This document shows positions 46,834-55,463 of a DNA stretch of 64,000 nt, piece by piece. The position numbers and the translations under genes are program-made. Source of the stretch: Candidatus Bathyarchaeia archaeon (GTDB taxonomy: Archaea; Thermoproteota; Bathyarchaeia; Bathyarchaeales; Bathycorpusculaceae); assembly GCA_049512075.1 (NCBI GenBank), contig JBEKXL010000004.1, forward strand, positions 64,001 through 128,000, written 5' to 3'. Below the pieces are notes generated by a model. The model saw nothing but the letters and a program-made list of their open reading frames with translations, was not told the DNA's origin and made no database searches. Every line of letters begins with the position of its first letter. Positions within the stretch are counted from its first letter, which is position 1.

Positions 46834-47787
46834 CTACCGTTCCTTCTTTTCTTCTGTTTCTAATTTTTCCGATTCAGAAGAACCCGGAGGAGTCGAAATA
46901 ATCGTTTCCTCAGTCATGCCTGAAGTAATGGGTTTTCGAGAGCGTTTTATCCGCTTCCAATAACGACTCCAATGCTTCATCACTTCACGGTCATGTTCAC
47001 ACCGTTCTGTCATCTGTTCCAAGGTAGTATCAGCTAAGGCGGTCAGTTCCTTGTCAAGTTTGAAGACTGGTAGAAAATCCTCTCGGCTGTCTGGATGGAA
47101 AAGAACTATTCTAACAAATGTTTCCTTTCTTATTTCTTCAGCACGTGCAAGTGCTTTTTTGGTTCCCCATTTAATGAGTGCTCTCTCTTCAGCAGTGTCA
47201 ATTTGAGCATTAAACAGGGAAATGCCAAAATCTTCTATGAGTGACGATATATTCATAGCTTTTTGTTCCTCAGTCTTTTCCCGGGGCACAGGAACAAATT
47301 CTAAGTCGCCTTGTGATGTTATGTTCTTTTCTTTCTCAATCAGCGTTAGGGGATAATAATAATTTCTGAAATAGTTTTTCACGTTCTCGATGATCCTGTT
47401 CTTCAGGCCATGAACAGTGAAGAATTGCCACTTTCCGAGTACCGGGGGAAGTAATTTCTCGTGTTGACAGGCGATAGCATCAAAATCCTTTTCCTGTAAT
47501 TTATCAAGAGTTAGAGCAAAATATTGGAGCAGCCCCTCCAGTGTCATATCATAAGAGTCAACCTTCAAGCTGGGGTTTTTCGATGATGGCTCAGATTTTG
47601 CTTTCACTATTAAGTGATTCTCAAGTAAATCGCTGATCGTGTCATGTATGTTACCGTAACTTCTATGCAAAAGGCGTTTGAGTTCCCATCGGTTTTTAGG
47701 TTCTCCTGTTGCTAGGAGTTGTAGAATAGCTAGGTTTGTTGGTTCTTTGGTTCGTGGTTTTCTTTCATGGGATACTATCTTTGTCAT
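46834..47787 (-). CDS. winged-HTH regulator (putative repressor) of E2
   Basis: ILQLLA...NRWELKRLLHRSYGNIHDTISDLLENHLI...Y.MTLEG. Confidence 0.7.
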   Translation of the reverse strand: MTKIVSHERKPRTKEPTNLAILQLLATGEPKNRWELKRLLHRSYGNIHDTISDLLENHLIVKAKSEPSSKNPSLKVDSYDMTLEGLLQYFALTLDKLQEKDFDAIACQHEKLLPPVLGKWQFFTVHGLKNRIIENVKNYFRNYYYPLTLIEKEKNITSQGDLEFVPVPREKTEEQKAMNISSLIEDFGISLFNAQIDTAEERALIKWGTKKALARAEEIRKETFVRIVLFHPDSREDFLPVFKLDKELTALADTTLEQMTERCEHDREVMKHWSRYWKRIKRSRKPITSGMTEETIISTPPGSSESEKLETEEKKER

Positions 47788-47820
47788 AGTCTACTGATAA
47801 GTGACAAAAGATATATATAC
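47780..47820. promoter_or_regulatory. divergent promoter/operator of E2
   Basis: TTTGTCA (47780-47786) / TGACAAA (47802-47808) inverted repeat next to ATATATATA. Confidence 0.5.
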
Positions 47821-47858
47821 TTATCGCTGTACGTACTACTATCTTAGAGGAAAGACAG

Positions 47859-48128
47859 ATGCCCGCAAAAATATTCAGAAAGGTTCTCAAATCCGGCGCT
47901 TCAAAATGCGCTGCGTTACCACCTGATTGGCTACGCATGTTCAACCTACGGGTAGGCGACGACCTTGACATTATCTACAATTCCATAGTTATCGTGAAAG
48001 CAAAAGACTTCAAAATTGACCCAGAATTTCTGAAAAAAGAATTCAAGTTGATTCTTGATTTGGAAAAGAATGCTCAGGACCGCGTTGGACTGAGAAAGAA
48101 GAGCCAGGAGGCCAAGGCCATTGAGTGA
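47859..48128 (+). CDS. AbrB/MazE-like DNA-binding protein
   Basis: RKVLKSGASKCAALPPDWLRMFNLRVGDDL. Confidence 0.8.
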   Translation: MPAKIFRKVLKSGASKCAALPPDWLRMFNLRVGDDLDIIYNSIVIVKAKDFKIDPEFLKKEFKLILDLEKNAQDRVGLRKKSQEAKAIE

Positions 48129-48411
48129 AGACACGGTTGATGTCCTTCTCAAAATTGGAAACCGATTCTACGAAGGCAAACTACACCCTCAAAAAGTAGG
48201 ATCACCCGCAAAGCTTCCAAGCAACAAACCCGTTTTTCCAGAGCCCTATCAGCAAATGTTGGATACAACAGATCAAGGAACATACTGGCAGATAAAACCG
48301 AGAACTTTCTTACAAACTTTCGATTTTGCAGAAATCGCTAGAATTGTAAAGCAGTATGGCGGAGCTTACGTTTCTGCTGGAAAGTCCTCCCATTTTCGTA
48401 TACCAAAATGA
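48121..48411 (+). CDS. conserved ~100-aa element protein, homolog of 6754-7056
   Basis: Direct visual alignment to the E1 protein. Confidence 0.8.
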   Translation: MSEDTVDVLLKIGNRFYEGKLHPQKVGSPAKLPSNKPVFPEPYQQMLDTTDQGTYWQIKPRTFLQTFDFAEIARIVKQYGGAYVSAGKSSHFRIPK

Positions 48412-48432
48412 AATACCGCTGGGGGTCACAGC

Positions 48433-49248
48433 ATGACATGGAAGCCTAACGCTGAAACCAAACAGCTCCTAGATTTTTGCGTTGCCACAATAAAGAGCGT
48501 TCCGTACAAACCTAATCTCCGCTGGCTGTTCTATCGTGCGCTACAGAGTGGCCTCCTGAAGGATAAGGGAGAAGCCAGCGTTCACAAGTTTGACTATGCC
48601 CTTTCCCGCGCTCGCAAAGAGTTTTATGATGAATGGAAACCCGACAGCCTAGAAGATAGTGTACGGCAAGGATTCTGGAAGGGAGAGTTTTTCGCTGGCT
48701 ACGATGTAAGGCTAGATAACATTGAAGAACAGGAGAACTATGTTCAGGTTTGGTTTGAAGCCTACGCCATGTTCCAACAGTTCACCCATTACACGCAACC
48801 TTACCGGGTGTCCTTAGTTCCGTTTCGCGGTGACTGTTCTATTCCGTTGAAATGGGAATTGGCTAAGAAGCTGGAAGAAATCAACGGATCCTATCACAAG
48901 CCAACCAAGATTCTATACTTTGGAGATTATGACCTTAAAGGCTTCCAGATTCTTGAGGCTGCATTGAAGGATATTAAGGCATGGTGCAACGTGCCTTTCA
49001 CCGTTGAACGTGTTGGCCTCACACTAGAACAGGTCAAGGAGTACGGCATACCTGAAAACCCTGAGCACCCTGACGCATATCAGTGGGAAGCATTGAACGA
49101 TAAACAAGCTGGAACATTGATAATCAACAGTATAGCCAGCCTAGTCAAACCAGTTTTACCCGGGTTGGAAGAGCAGGAGAAGCTGATAAAATCCAAGATT
49201 AACACCGCTATGGTCACGATTCTGCAACAGGAAGGCGTTATCGAATGA
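48433..49248 (+). CDS. wHTH + Toprim protein (Topo VI-A/Spo11-like Toprim)
   Basis: LRWLFY, VWFE, RG.CS, ILYFGDYDLKG, ERVGLT.EQV, WEAL. Confidence 0.7.
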   Translation: MTWKPNAETKQLLDFCVATIKSVPYKPNLRWLFYRALQSGLLKDKGEASVHKFDYALSRARKEFYDEWKPDSLEDSVRQGFWKGEFFAGYDVRLDNIEEQENYVQVWFEAYAMFQQFTHYTQPYRVSLVPFRGDCSIPLKWELAKKLEEINGSYHKPTKILYFGDYDLKGFQILEAALKDIKAWCNVPFTVERVGLTLEQVKEYGIPENPEHPDAYQWEALNDKQAGTLIINSIASLVKPVLPGLEEQEKLIKSKINTAMVTILQQEGVIE

Positions 49249-49337
49249 ACGACCCCAAAGACGCCGACATTAAAGCTGCAGCTCAACGCGCGCTACGAGT
49301 ATCTCAGCGGAGACGGAGACTAACAAACCATGACTGA
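49245..49337 (+). CDS. 30-aa basic peptide MNDPKDADIKAAAQRALRVSQRRRRLTNHD
   Basis: Translated by hand; overlaps both neighbours. Confidence 0.4.
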   Translation: MNDPKDADIKAAAQRALRVSQRRRRLTNHD

Positions 49338-51939
49338 AAACTCCGCCATACCTGAGCAACTTAGAACATGGTGTTTCATACTTCTCTCAGGACACACTAA
49401 GATTCCAACGGCTGAAATGAAAGGATGGGCTAAAGACCGAGCAAACAAAACATTCACGTATGATGATAAGCGGTTCATAGAACATATCACCGCGCATGAA
49501 AACTACGGTGCTGTGACTGGCGAGGACCGCTTTGTCGTGGCCGCCGACACTAAGGAAGTTGAAACAGCCATTGAAGAGCATCTACCTAAAACCTTCACTG
49601 TGCAGAGTCCAAGACATAAGACTAAACATTTTTACTTCTATGGAAAACTCAGTCGAACAATACTCTGTAAACCGACAACTGAAGGCGATCCTTGCGCTGA
49701 CATTAAAACTGGAAATGCCTATGTACTCAGTGCTGGAGACATTTTTGAAAATTACGGCAAATACACCGTGATAGACAATGTGCCAATAGCAACAATCACG
49801 GAAGAGCAATTACTAGCCGCGATAGATGAGTTTATACTACCTAAAAAGGAAACACGTTTTCTAACCATAACAAGCGAAAAACACGATAAGAACTTGGACT
49901 TTCCAATCACCTCTATTCTTCCAAACCTTGACGCTTTAACACAGAACAACGATGAAATGTTTGGTCCTCATCCTCTACATGGCAGCACAACAGGAGCCAA
50001 CTTTCACGTAAACACGGCTAAGAATGTGTGGCACTGTTTCAGATCGGGACATGAAAGCGGCGGCGGCCCCCTGGAACTATTCGCGGTTCTAAACGGAATC
50101 GTCAACTGTGAGGACTGTCATAAAGGCGTACTACATGGAGAGCTATTCAAAAAAACCGTTATGCTAGCACATGAAAAAGGCTTAGTGGCCTCTATATCTT
50201 TTCAAGATTCAGAAGAGCAAGAGGATAAAGAACATGAACTTATGCGAAAAGTCGTAACAGGCCTTCAGTCTCAATTCACGTTCAAAACGCCTAGCGATAT
50301 TGAAGAAATCTATGTTTTTAATAAGGGCGTTTATGAAGAGGCTGAAACGATGATTAAAGGCCAGGTTGAACAGTGGCTAGGGACCGAGGCAACCACACAT
50401 TTTATTGAGGAAGTTCTCGGACATATACGCCGTAGTAGTTACGTTAAGCGCTCAGAGTTTAACAAACCATCAGCTATTATCCCGGTGCAGAATGGCCTTT
50501 TAGACTTGAACAGTGGTGAGGTCAGTCCATTCGATAAAGAACAAATCTTCACATTCAAACTAAATATGGTCTATGATAAGACAAAGAAGTCTCTCAAATT
50601 TCTGAAAGCTGTACATGAATGGCTAAACTCTCAAGACGTTATTACCCTGCAGGAAGTCTCAGGATATTGCTTACTTCCAGCTATGCCTTTTCATAAGTTG
50701 TTTTTCCTTCATGGAACGGGATTCAATGGGAAAGGGAGCTTCATAAGAACATTAATCGCCATTTTTGGAATTGACAACTGTTCAAACCTGAATCTGGAAG
50801 AGTTTGACGGTAACCACCGATTCGCTACGGCTCTACTCTATGGTAAAATGATAAACACGTCTAGCGAGCCAAAAACAGATAAACAATTACAAACGAATTT
50901 ATTGAAAAAGGTATGCGGCGAAGACTACATAGACTCTGAAGTGAAAAACAAACAGAGAAGAATACACCATGTGAGCGCCGCTAAACCTTTCATTCTTGGA
51001 AACAGATTCCCACGAGTAAACGATAACACAGTGGCCTTTTGGGAACGCGTAACAATACTCAAGTTTCCATCAAATTTCATAGGAGACAAACAAATACCAT
51101 GCATCTGGAACACATGGATAAACGATCCTGATGAAATGAGCGGGATCCTAAACTGGATGATTGAAGGGCTACAGAGACTAATAAAAAACAACAAGTTCAC
51201 CGAAAGCAAAGATTCTGAAGAGACAAAGCTGGAATTTCAAAGAGCCAGTGACACAACATTAGCGTTTCTCAATGAATGTTGCACTATTGACCGAGTAACT
51301 CAAAACATAAAATCCGACTTCTACGACCAGTACAAAACCTATTGCGAAAAGCTCAACGTAGAAATAGACCCTGAGAACATGTTTTCAGCAAAACTCAAGC
51401 AACAGTCAGGGGTCAGAAGTACAAGACAGCATGTAGAAAAAAAACTTGAACATTTATGGGTCGGCATAAAATTCAACGATTATCCTAAAGAAGAGGGAGA
51501 GGAAGAAAAATCTGAAAAGTCAGGGAAACAAAAAAATCATGGAACTCAAAAGAAACTAGACCAAAGTGTTCCACCTGTTCCAACTGTTCCACCCTTTACA
51601 AAGTCAAACGCTGTAGAAGATAGTAAGGGTATAGAAAAGAGAAGTAGTAAAAGGTATGGAACACCTGGAACAGGTGGAACAGTCATCGAGTCAATAGGGA
51701 AGACTGTTCCAGACGTTCCAACAGAAATAAGCAAACAATTAGAAAAGGAAAACTTGACCGTTAACCGCTGTAAGAAGCATCGTACAGCAACCTGCCCACA
51801 TCCTAATCGCGACTGCATAGCGCCGACTAATTCGTGTCCAAAGACTTGTGGAGATTTTGTTTCTGTGGAGGATGACGCTAAGGCTAAGGGTGCAGCTCTC
51901 GAGTTGAATGGTGACAGTGGGAGGCTAGGGCATGACTGA
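49330..51939 (+). CDS. Prim-Pol - Zn-binding - D5/SF3 primase-helicase (P4-like)
   Basis: NYG, PKTFTVQSP..TKHFYF, HPLHGS..G.NF...WHCFR, VQNGLLDL, GTGFNGKGS, AFWER. Confidence 0.9.
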   Translation: MTENSAIPEQLRTWCFILLSGHTKIPTAEMKGWAKDRANKTFTYDDKRFIEHITAHENYGAVTGEDRFVVAADTKEVETAIEEHLPKTFTVQSPRHKTKHFYFYGKLSRTILCKPTTEGDPCADIKTGNAYVLSAGDIFENYGKYTVIDNVPIATITEEQLLAAIDEFILPKKETRFLTITSEKHDKNLDFPITSILPNLDALTQNNDEMFGPHPLHGSTTGANFHVNTAKNVWHCFRSGHESGGGPLELFAVLNGIVNCEDCHKGVLHGELFKKTVMLAHEKGLVASISFQDSEEQEDKEHELMRKVVTGLQSQFTFKTPSDIEEIYVFNKGVYEEAETMIKGQVEQWLGTEATTHFIEEVLGHIRRSSYVKRSEFNKPSAIIPVQNGLLDLNSGEVSPFDKEQIFTFKLNMVYDKTKKSLKFLKAVHEWLNSQDVITLQEVSGYCLLPAMPFHKLFFLHGTGFNGKGSFIRTLIAIFGIDNCSNLNLEEFDGNHRFATALLYGKMINTSSEPKTDKQLQTNLLKKVCGEDYIDSEVKNKQRRIHHVSAAKPFILGNRFPRVNDNTVAFWERVTILKFPSNFIGDKQIPCIWNTWINDPDEMSGILNWMIEGLQRLIKNNKFTESKDSEETKLEFQRASDTTLAFLNECCTIDRVTQNIKSDFYDQYKTYCEKLNVEIDPENMFSAKLKQQSGVRSTRQHVEKKLEHLWVGIKFNDYPKEEGEEEKSEKSGKQKNHGTQKKLDQSVPPVPTVPPFTKSNAVEDSKGIEKRSSKRYGTPGTGGTVIESIGKTVPDVPTEISKQLEKENLTVNRCKKHRTATCPHPNRDCIAPTNSCPKTCGDFVSVEDDAKAKGAALELNGDSGRLGHD
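51567..51681. repeat. 3+3 inverted 9-bp iterons, putative E2 origin
   Basis: TGTTCCA(C/A)C x3 at 51567-51593 and NNTGGAACA x3 at 51655-51681. Confidence 0.7.
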
Positions 51940-53158
51940 AAACTCCACTAAATCAGTCATTAACGCAGTGCTCACAAAGGTACTAAGGACATGTGATAAA
52001 TGCCAAATAAAAACTGTTTTGTGCTGTCCTCAATGCAATTCTGATAAAATCGTGAAGGACGGTATGAGGCAATCCGTCTATGGAGAACAGCAACGTTACC
52101 TATGCAAGTCGTGTTATCTCCGATTCAGCAACAGCGACCCCGAAACAAAGGTGCAGAATCTGCACAATTCTTTTAAGGAAAGTCAGACAGAAAGCGGATG
52201 CGTCCAAATATGCGCTGAAAAGAAAGGAGTAGCGAAAAACTTGGACAACGCAACCATTGAGAAGGTTGCGGGAGAAACTCCAGATATTAAAGGCAAATTG
52301 GTACAGTACGCTTGGCAACTGACGAAACGCGGATTAGCTGAAGAAACCGTGAAGCATCGCCTTTACCGTTTGAACGTGCTTGTAAAGAAAGGAGCTGACC
52401 TAACTAATCCTGAAACCGTAGAAACAATCCTGGCAACGGAACAATGGACACCTGGAAACAAACGGTTCTTTATCATGGCATACCAAAGTTTCTGTCGAAC
52501 TATGAACATTGAATGGGTAGCCCCCCGAAACAAGTGGCAACCTCCACAGCCCTTCATACCCTTGGAATCAGAAATAGACGCATTGATTTCTGGCACTGGA
52601 AAAAGAACGGCCACACTACTGCAAATTTTGAAGGATACCGGGGCACGAATAGGAGAAGCCTCACACCTACGATGGACAGACGTAAACATGGAAAACAGCA
52701 CCATAGCCATAAACAACCCTGAAAAAGGATCATCATCTAGGACGCTGAAAGTGTCAAGCAAAACTATCGCTATGCTTAACGCCCTGCCAAAGAAAGGCCC
52801 TTTCATATTCAACGTCAAACCGCGCACCCTGGAAAGCACGTTTGACCGTCAACGGAATAGGTTAGCCCTTAAACTTCAGAACCCAAGACTGAAACAAATC
52901 CACTTTCACACCTTCCGGCACTGGAACGCAACAATGACATACCACAAAACCCGAAACATACTGCTAGTCAAATACCGACTGGGACATAAACGCTTAGAAA
53001 ACACGGAAGTTTACACGCACTTGGTAGATTTTGAGAACGACGAATACGACAGTGCAGCAGCTCAAACAAAGAATGAGGCAAGACAACTTATAGACACAGG
53101 ATTCGACTACGTGACCACAACCCCGGACGGTTTCATGCTGTTCAGAAAACGGAAGTGA
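51932..53158 (+). CDS. tyrosine integrase of E2 with N-terminal zinc ribbon
   Basis: CPQC...CKSC; TGARIGE, PEKG, HTFRH, LGH, VY; ends 34 bp from the att repeat. Confidence 0.92.
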   Translation: MTENSTKSVINAVLTKVLRTCDKCQIKTVLCCPQCNSDKIVKDGMRQSVYGEQQRYLCKSCYLRFSNSDPETKVQNLHNSFKESQTESGCVQICAEKKGVAKNLDNATIEKVAGETPDIKGKLVQYAWQLTKRGLAEETVKHRLYRLNVLVKKGADLTNPETVETILATEQWTPGNKRFFIMAYQSFCRTMNIEWVAPRNKWQPPQPFIPLESEIDALISGTGKRTATLLQILKDTGARIGEASHLRWTDVNMENSTIAINNPEKGSSSRTLKVSSKTIAMLNALPKKGPFIFNVKPRTLESTFDRQRNRLALKLQNPRLKQIHFHTFRHWNATMTYHKTRNILLVKYRLGHKRLENTEVYTHLVDFENDEYDSAAAQTKNEARQLIDTGFDYVTTTPDGFMLFRKRK

Positions 53159-53189
53159 AAAGCATGGTATCCAATCAAAAAACAATGTA

Positions 53190-53624
53190 TCAAAGCTGAT
53201 ACCCTGCCTGTACGGCCGTGTTGTCAACTTTGGCGCTCATTCTGCTGGCTCGGCGCAGAGCCTCGACGTTGTCGTCTGAAAACCCAAATTCTTCTCCGAC
53301 TGTGCCTATTTCCATTGGTGCCTTTCGAGAGGCTCTGCCTTTTCCGCCGCACACAGCGATACCGTGCTGCTGAGATGAGATGGCTTGTTTCAGAATTCCT
53401 GTCACAACCGTGGTTACTCCTGAAGAATGCCAGTCGTAACCTAGGACGCAACCCAATGCTTGGAACCAAAATGGATCTGAAACTCGTCTCAGAAACTCGT
53501 CTGAGCCGTACTCGTCAACGATGATTGTCACTATTTCTTTGGCCATCTTTTGCATGCGTACAATTAGATATTGAGGCGCCCTACCATAATGAAGTGGGAG
53601 TCTGGCAATGCCTGTTCTTTGCAC
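53190..53624 (-). pseudogene. DUF763 gene, 5' half (truncated by E2)
   Basis: LPLHYG, DPFWFQALGCVLGYDWHSSG.TT, GGKG, AKVDNTA.Q.GYQL then an element-derived TGA. Confidence 0.92.
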
Positions 53625-53666
53625 GGCAACACCGCTTGTAATACAAGTGCTGAAGAAGTGGTTTAA

Positions 53667-54155
53667 TCATTTTGCTTTTTTCTTAAGAACATGTCCTTCG
53701 CGGTCAATTTCGCCATTGCGGATCCGAGTCGTTGAGATCGCCTTTTGATTCTCGGAGGGAACCATGTCGATGACAATTATTTCAAGCGGATTTATACCGA
53801 TTTCTTTTCTCTTTTCGTTGATCCTGAGCGCGACGGGCTCAGTATCCCTGCTGACCACCAGTGCTTCAATGGGATCCTTAGACAGAAGCACCCCTCCATA
53901 GGCATCATCTATCGGAATTATTTCAGCCTTCTGCAGCATTCCCTGATCTCTTAAGAAGTCTCTCAGTTCCCTTGTACGTTGCTCGTAAGTTGCCGTTCTG
54001 TGCGGCTTGTTCATCTTCTTGGCAAATTCGTCTGAGGAGACACCAATCATTACGCGTTCGCCTATGTCGAAGGCTTTCATGAGCAATGCTCTGTGTCCCT
54101 TGTGAAGCTCGTCAAAAGTGCCGCCAAGGCCGACAGTTCTGAACCTTTTCTGCAT
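53667..54155 (-). CDS. coaD: archaeal phosphopantetheine adenylyltransferase
   Basis: GGTFDELHKGH, LVVS, ISTTRIR.GEID. Confidence 0.9.
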   Translation of the reverse strand: MQKRFRTVGLGGTFDELHKGHRALLMKAFDIGERVMIGVSSDEFAKKMNKPHRTATYEQRTRELRDFLRDQGMLQKAEIIPIDDAYGGVLLSKDPIEALVVSRDTEPVALRINEKRKEIGINPLEIIVIDMVPSENQKAISTTRIRNGEIDREGHVLKKKAK

Positions 54156-54193
54156 CGGATTCCACGTCTAACGCGGCTGAACTGCATATAAGA

Positions 54194-55447
54194 CTATTTT
54201 GGTTTGATCTTGTTAATCGTGACATCCAGTATCTTCGCTGCAACTTCTCGCTTCTTGGCCAGTGGCAAGTGCACTACGTTCTTTTTCTTGTCCACGATGA
54301 AGACCTCGTTCGTGACGGTTCCGAAACCAGCTCCTTTCTTTCCCACGTCGTTGACGACGATGAGATCAGCTTTGGCTTCCAGCAGCCTCTTGTGTGCACT
54401 CTCAATCAACTCCCCCTTAGGCAGCTTGTACTCTGCACGAAAAGCCACCAGAAAAGTTCTTGGACTGACTTTCTTCACGCTATCGATTATCTTCACGGTG
54501 GGTTTCAGCTTCAACTCAAGCGAATGCAGCTCGTGTGACGAAACCTTGTATGGATATGGCTTTTCAGGCATCCAGTCAGCAGCTGCAGCGACAGCTATGA
54601 CCACGTCGTAGTTCCCTGATTTCAGTTCAGAAACGACCGCTTCGTACATCTGCTCCGTCGTTTCAACAGTGAGCAGACGGGCTCCTGGGGGAGCAGCTTC
54701 GGTTCCTGAGCCGTAGACAAGTGTCACTTCTGCGCCACGGCTTAAGGCTTCTTCTGCAATTGACACGCCCATTTTTCCGGAGCTTCTGTTTGTGACAACG
54801 CGAACAGGGTCTATGTACTCTGCGGTTGCGCCCGCGGTTATCAACACTCTTAGTCCCGAGAAATCGTTTTTGACCACAAGTTTGCGAATCACTGTCTCAA
54901 CGATGTCTCTGGTTTTAGCGATTTTTGCCTTTCCTTCTTCGATTCTTGGGCCCACGAATTCGACCCCTAATGCTTTGAGTTCCTTAATGTTCTTCGCCAA
55001 TATCGGGTGGTTGTACATGGATTCATGCATCGCTGGAACGATGATTATGGGACGGTTTGAGCCGAAGGCTGTTGAGGCGACGGATGTGACGGTGGTATCG
55101 TCGATTCCGCAGGCGATTTTGCTTATGGTGTTTGCTGTAGCAGGTGCTACCAGAACAAGATCAGCCGATAAGGAATGCTCGCCGACCAAGGCCACGTGTT
55201 CAATCTTTCCAGTCAGTTCCGTTACGACTTCGTTTCCGGTCGCCCATTCCATCAGATACGGATGGACGATTTTCCCTGCCATCATGGACATCACGGGGAA
55301 CACGTCAGCTCCGTGTCGCATCAAAGCTCTGGCAATTTCTGGGCTTTGCACAGCTGCGACGCTGCCCGTTACGCACAGAACTATACGTTTTCCCTTCAGC
55401 TCGTTACCCTCAGTTCCAACGATGTGTTTGGATGGATGTGTCGACAA
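54194..55447 (-). CDS. coaBC: bifunctional phosphopantothenoylcysteine decarboxylase/synthetase
   Basis: TGSVAA, APATANT, PAMHESM, IDPVRVVTNRSSGKMG. Confidence 0.95.
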   Translation of the reverse strand: MSTHPSKHIVGTEGNELKGKRIVLCVTGSVAAVQSPEIARALMRHGADVFPVMSMMAGKIVHPYLMEWATGNEVVTELTGKIEHVALVGEHSLSADLVLVAPATANTISKIACGIDDTTVTSVASTAFGSNRPIIIVPAMHESMYNHPILAKNIKELKALGVEFVGPRIEEGKAKIAKTRDIVETVIRKLVVKNDFSGLRVLITAGATAEYIDPVRVVTNRSSGKMGVSIAEEALSRGAEVTLVYGSGTEAAPPGARLLTVETTEQMYEAVVSELKSGNYDVVIAVAAAADWMPEKPYPYKVSSHELHSLELKLKPTVKIIDSVKKVSPRTFLVAFRAEYKLPKGELIESAHKRLLEAKADLIVVNDVGKKGAGFGTVTNEVFIVDKKKNVVHLPLAKKREVAAKILDVTINKIKPK

Positions 55448-55463
55448 GGCTTAGTCCTCCTAT

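Larger units (their letters stand above)
35706..53197. mobile_element. integrated virus/plasmid-like element E2 (~17.5 kb) inside DUF763
   Basis: AAAGCT direct repeat at 35706-35711 and 53192-53197; removal restores QAGYQL-YHHAFF; terminal integrase and primase-helicase. Confidence 0.92.

Noticed and set aside
35702-53202. E2 as a spliced intron in DUF763
   Set aside because: No bulge-helix-bulge pairing between the two junctions; size and integrase content indicate DNA-level integration.
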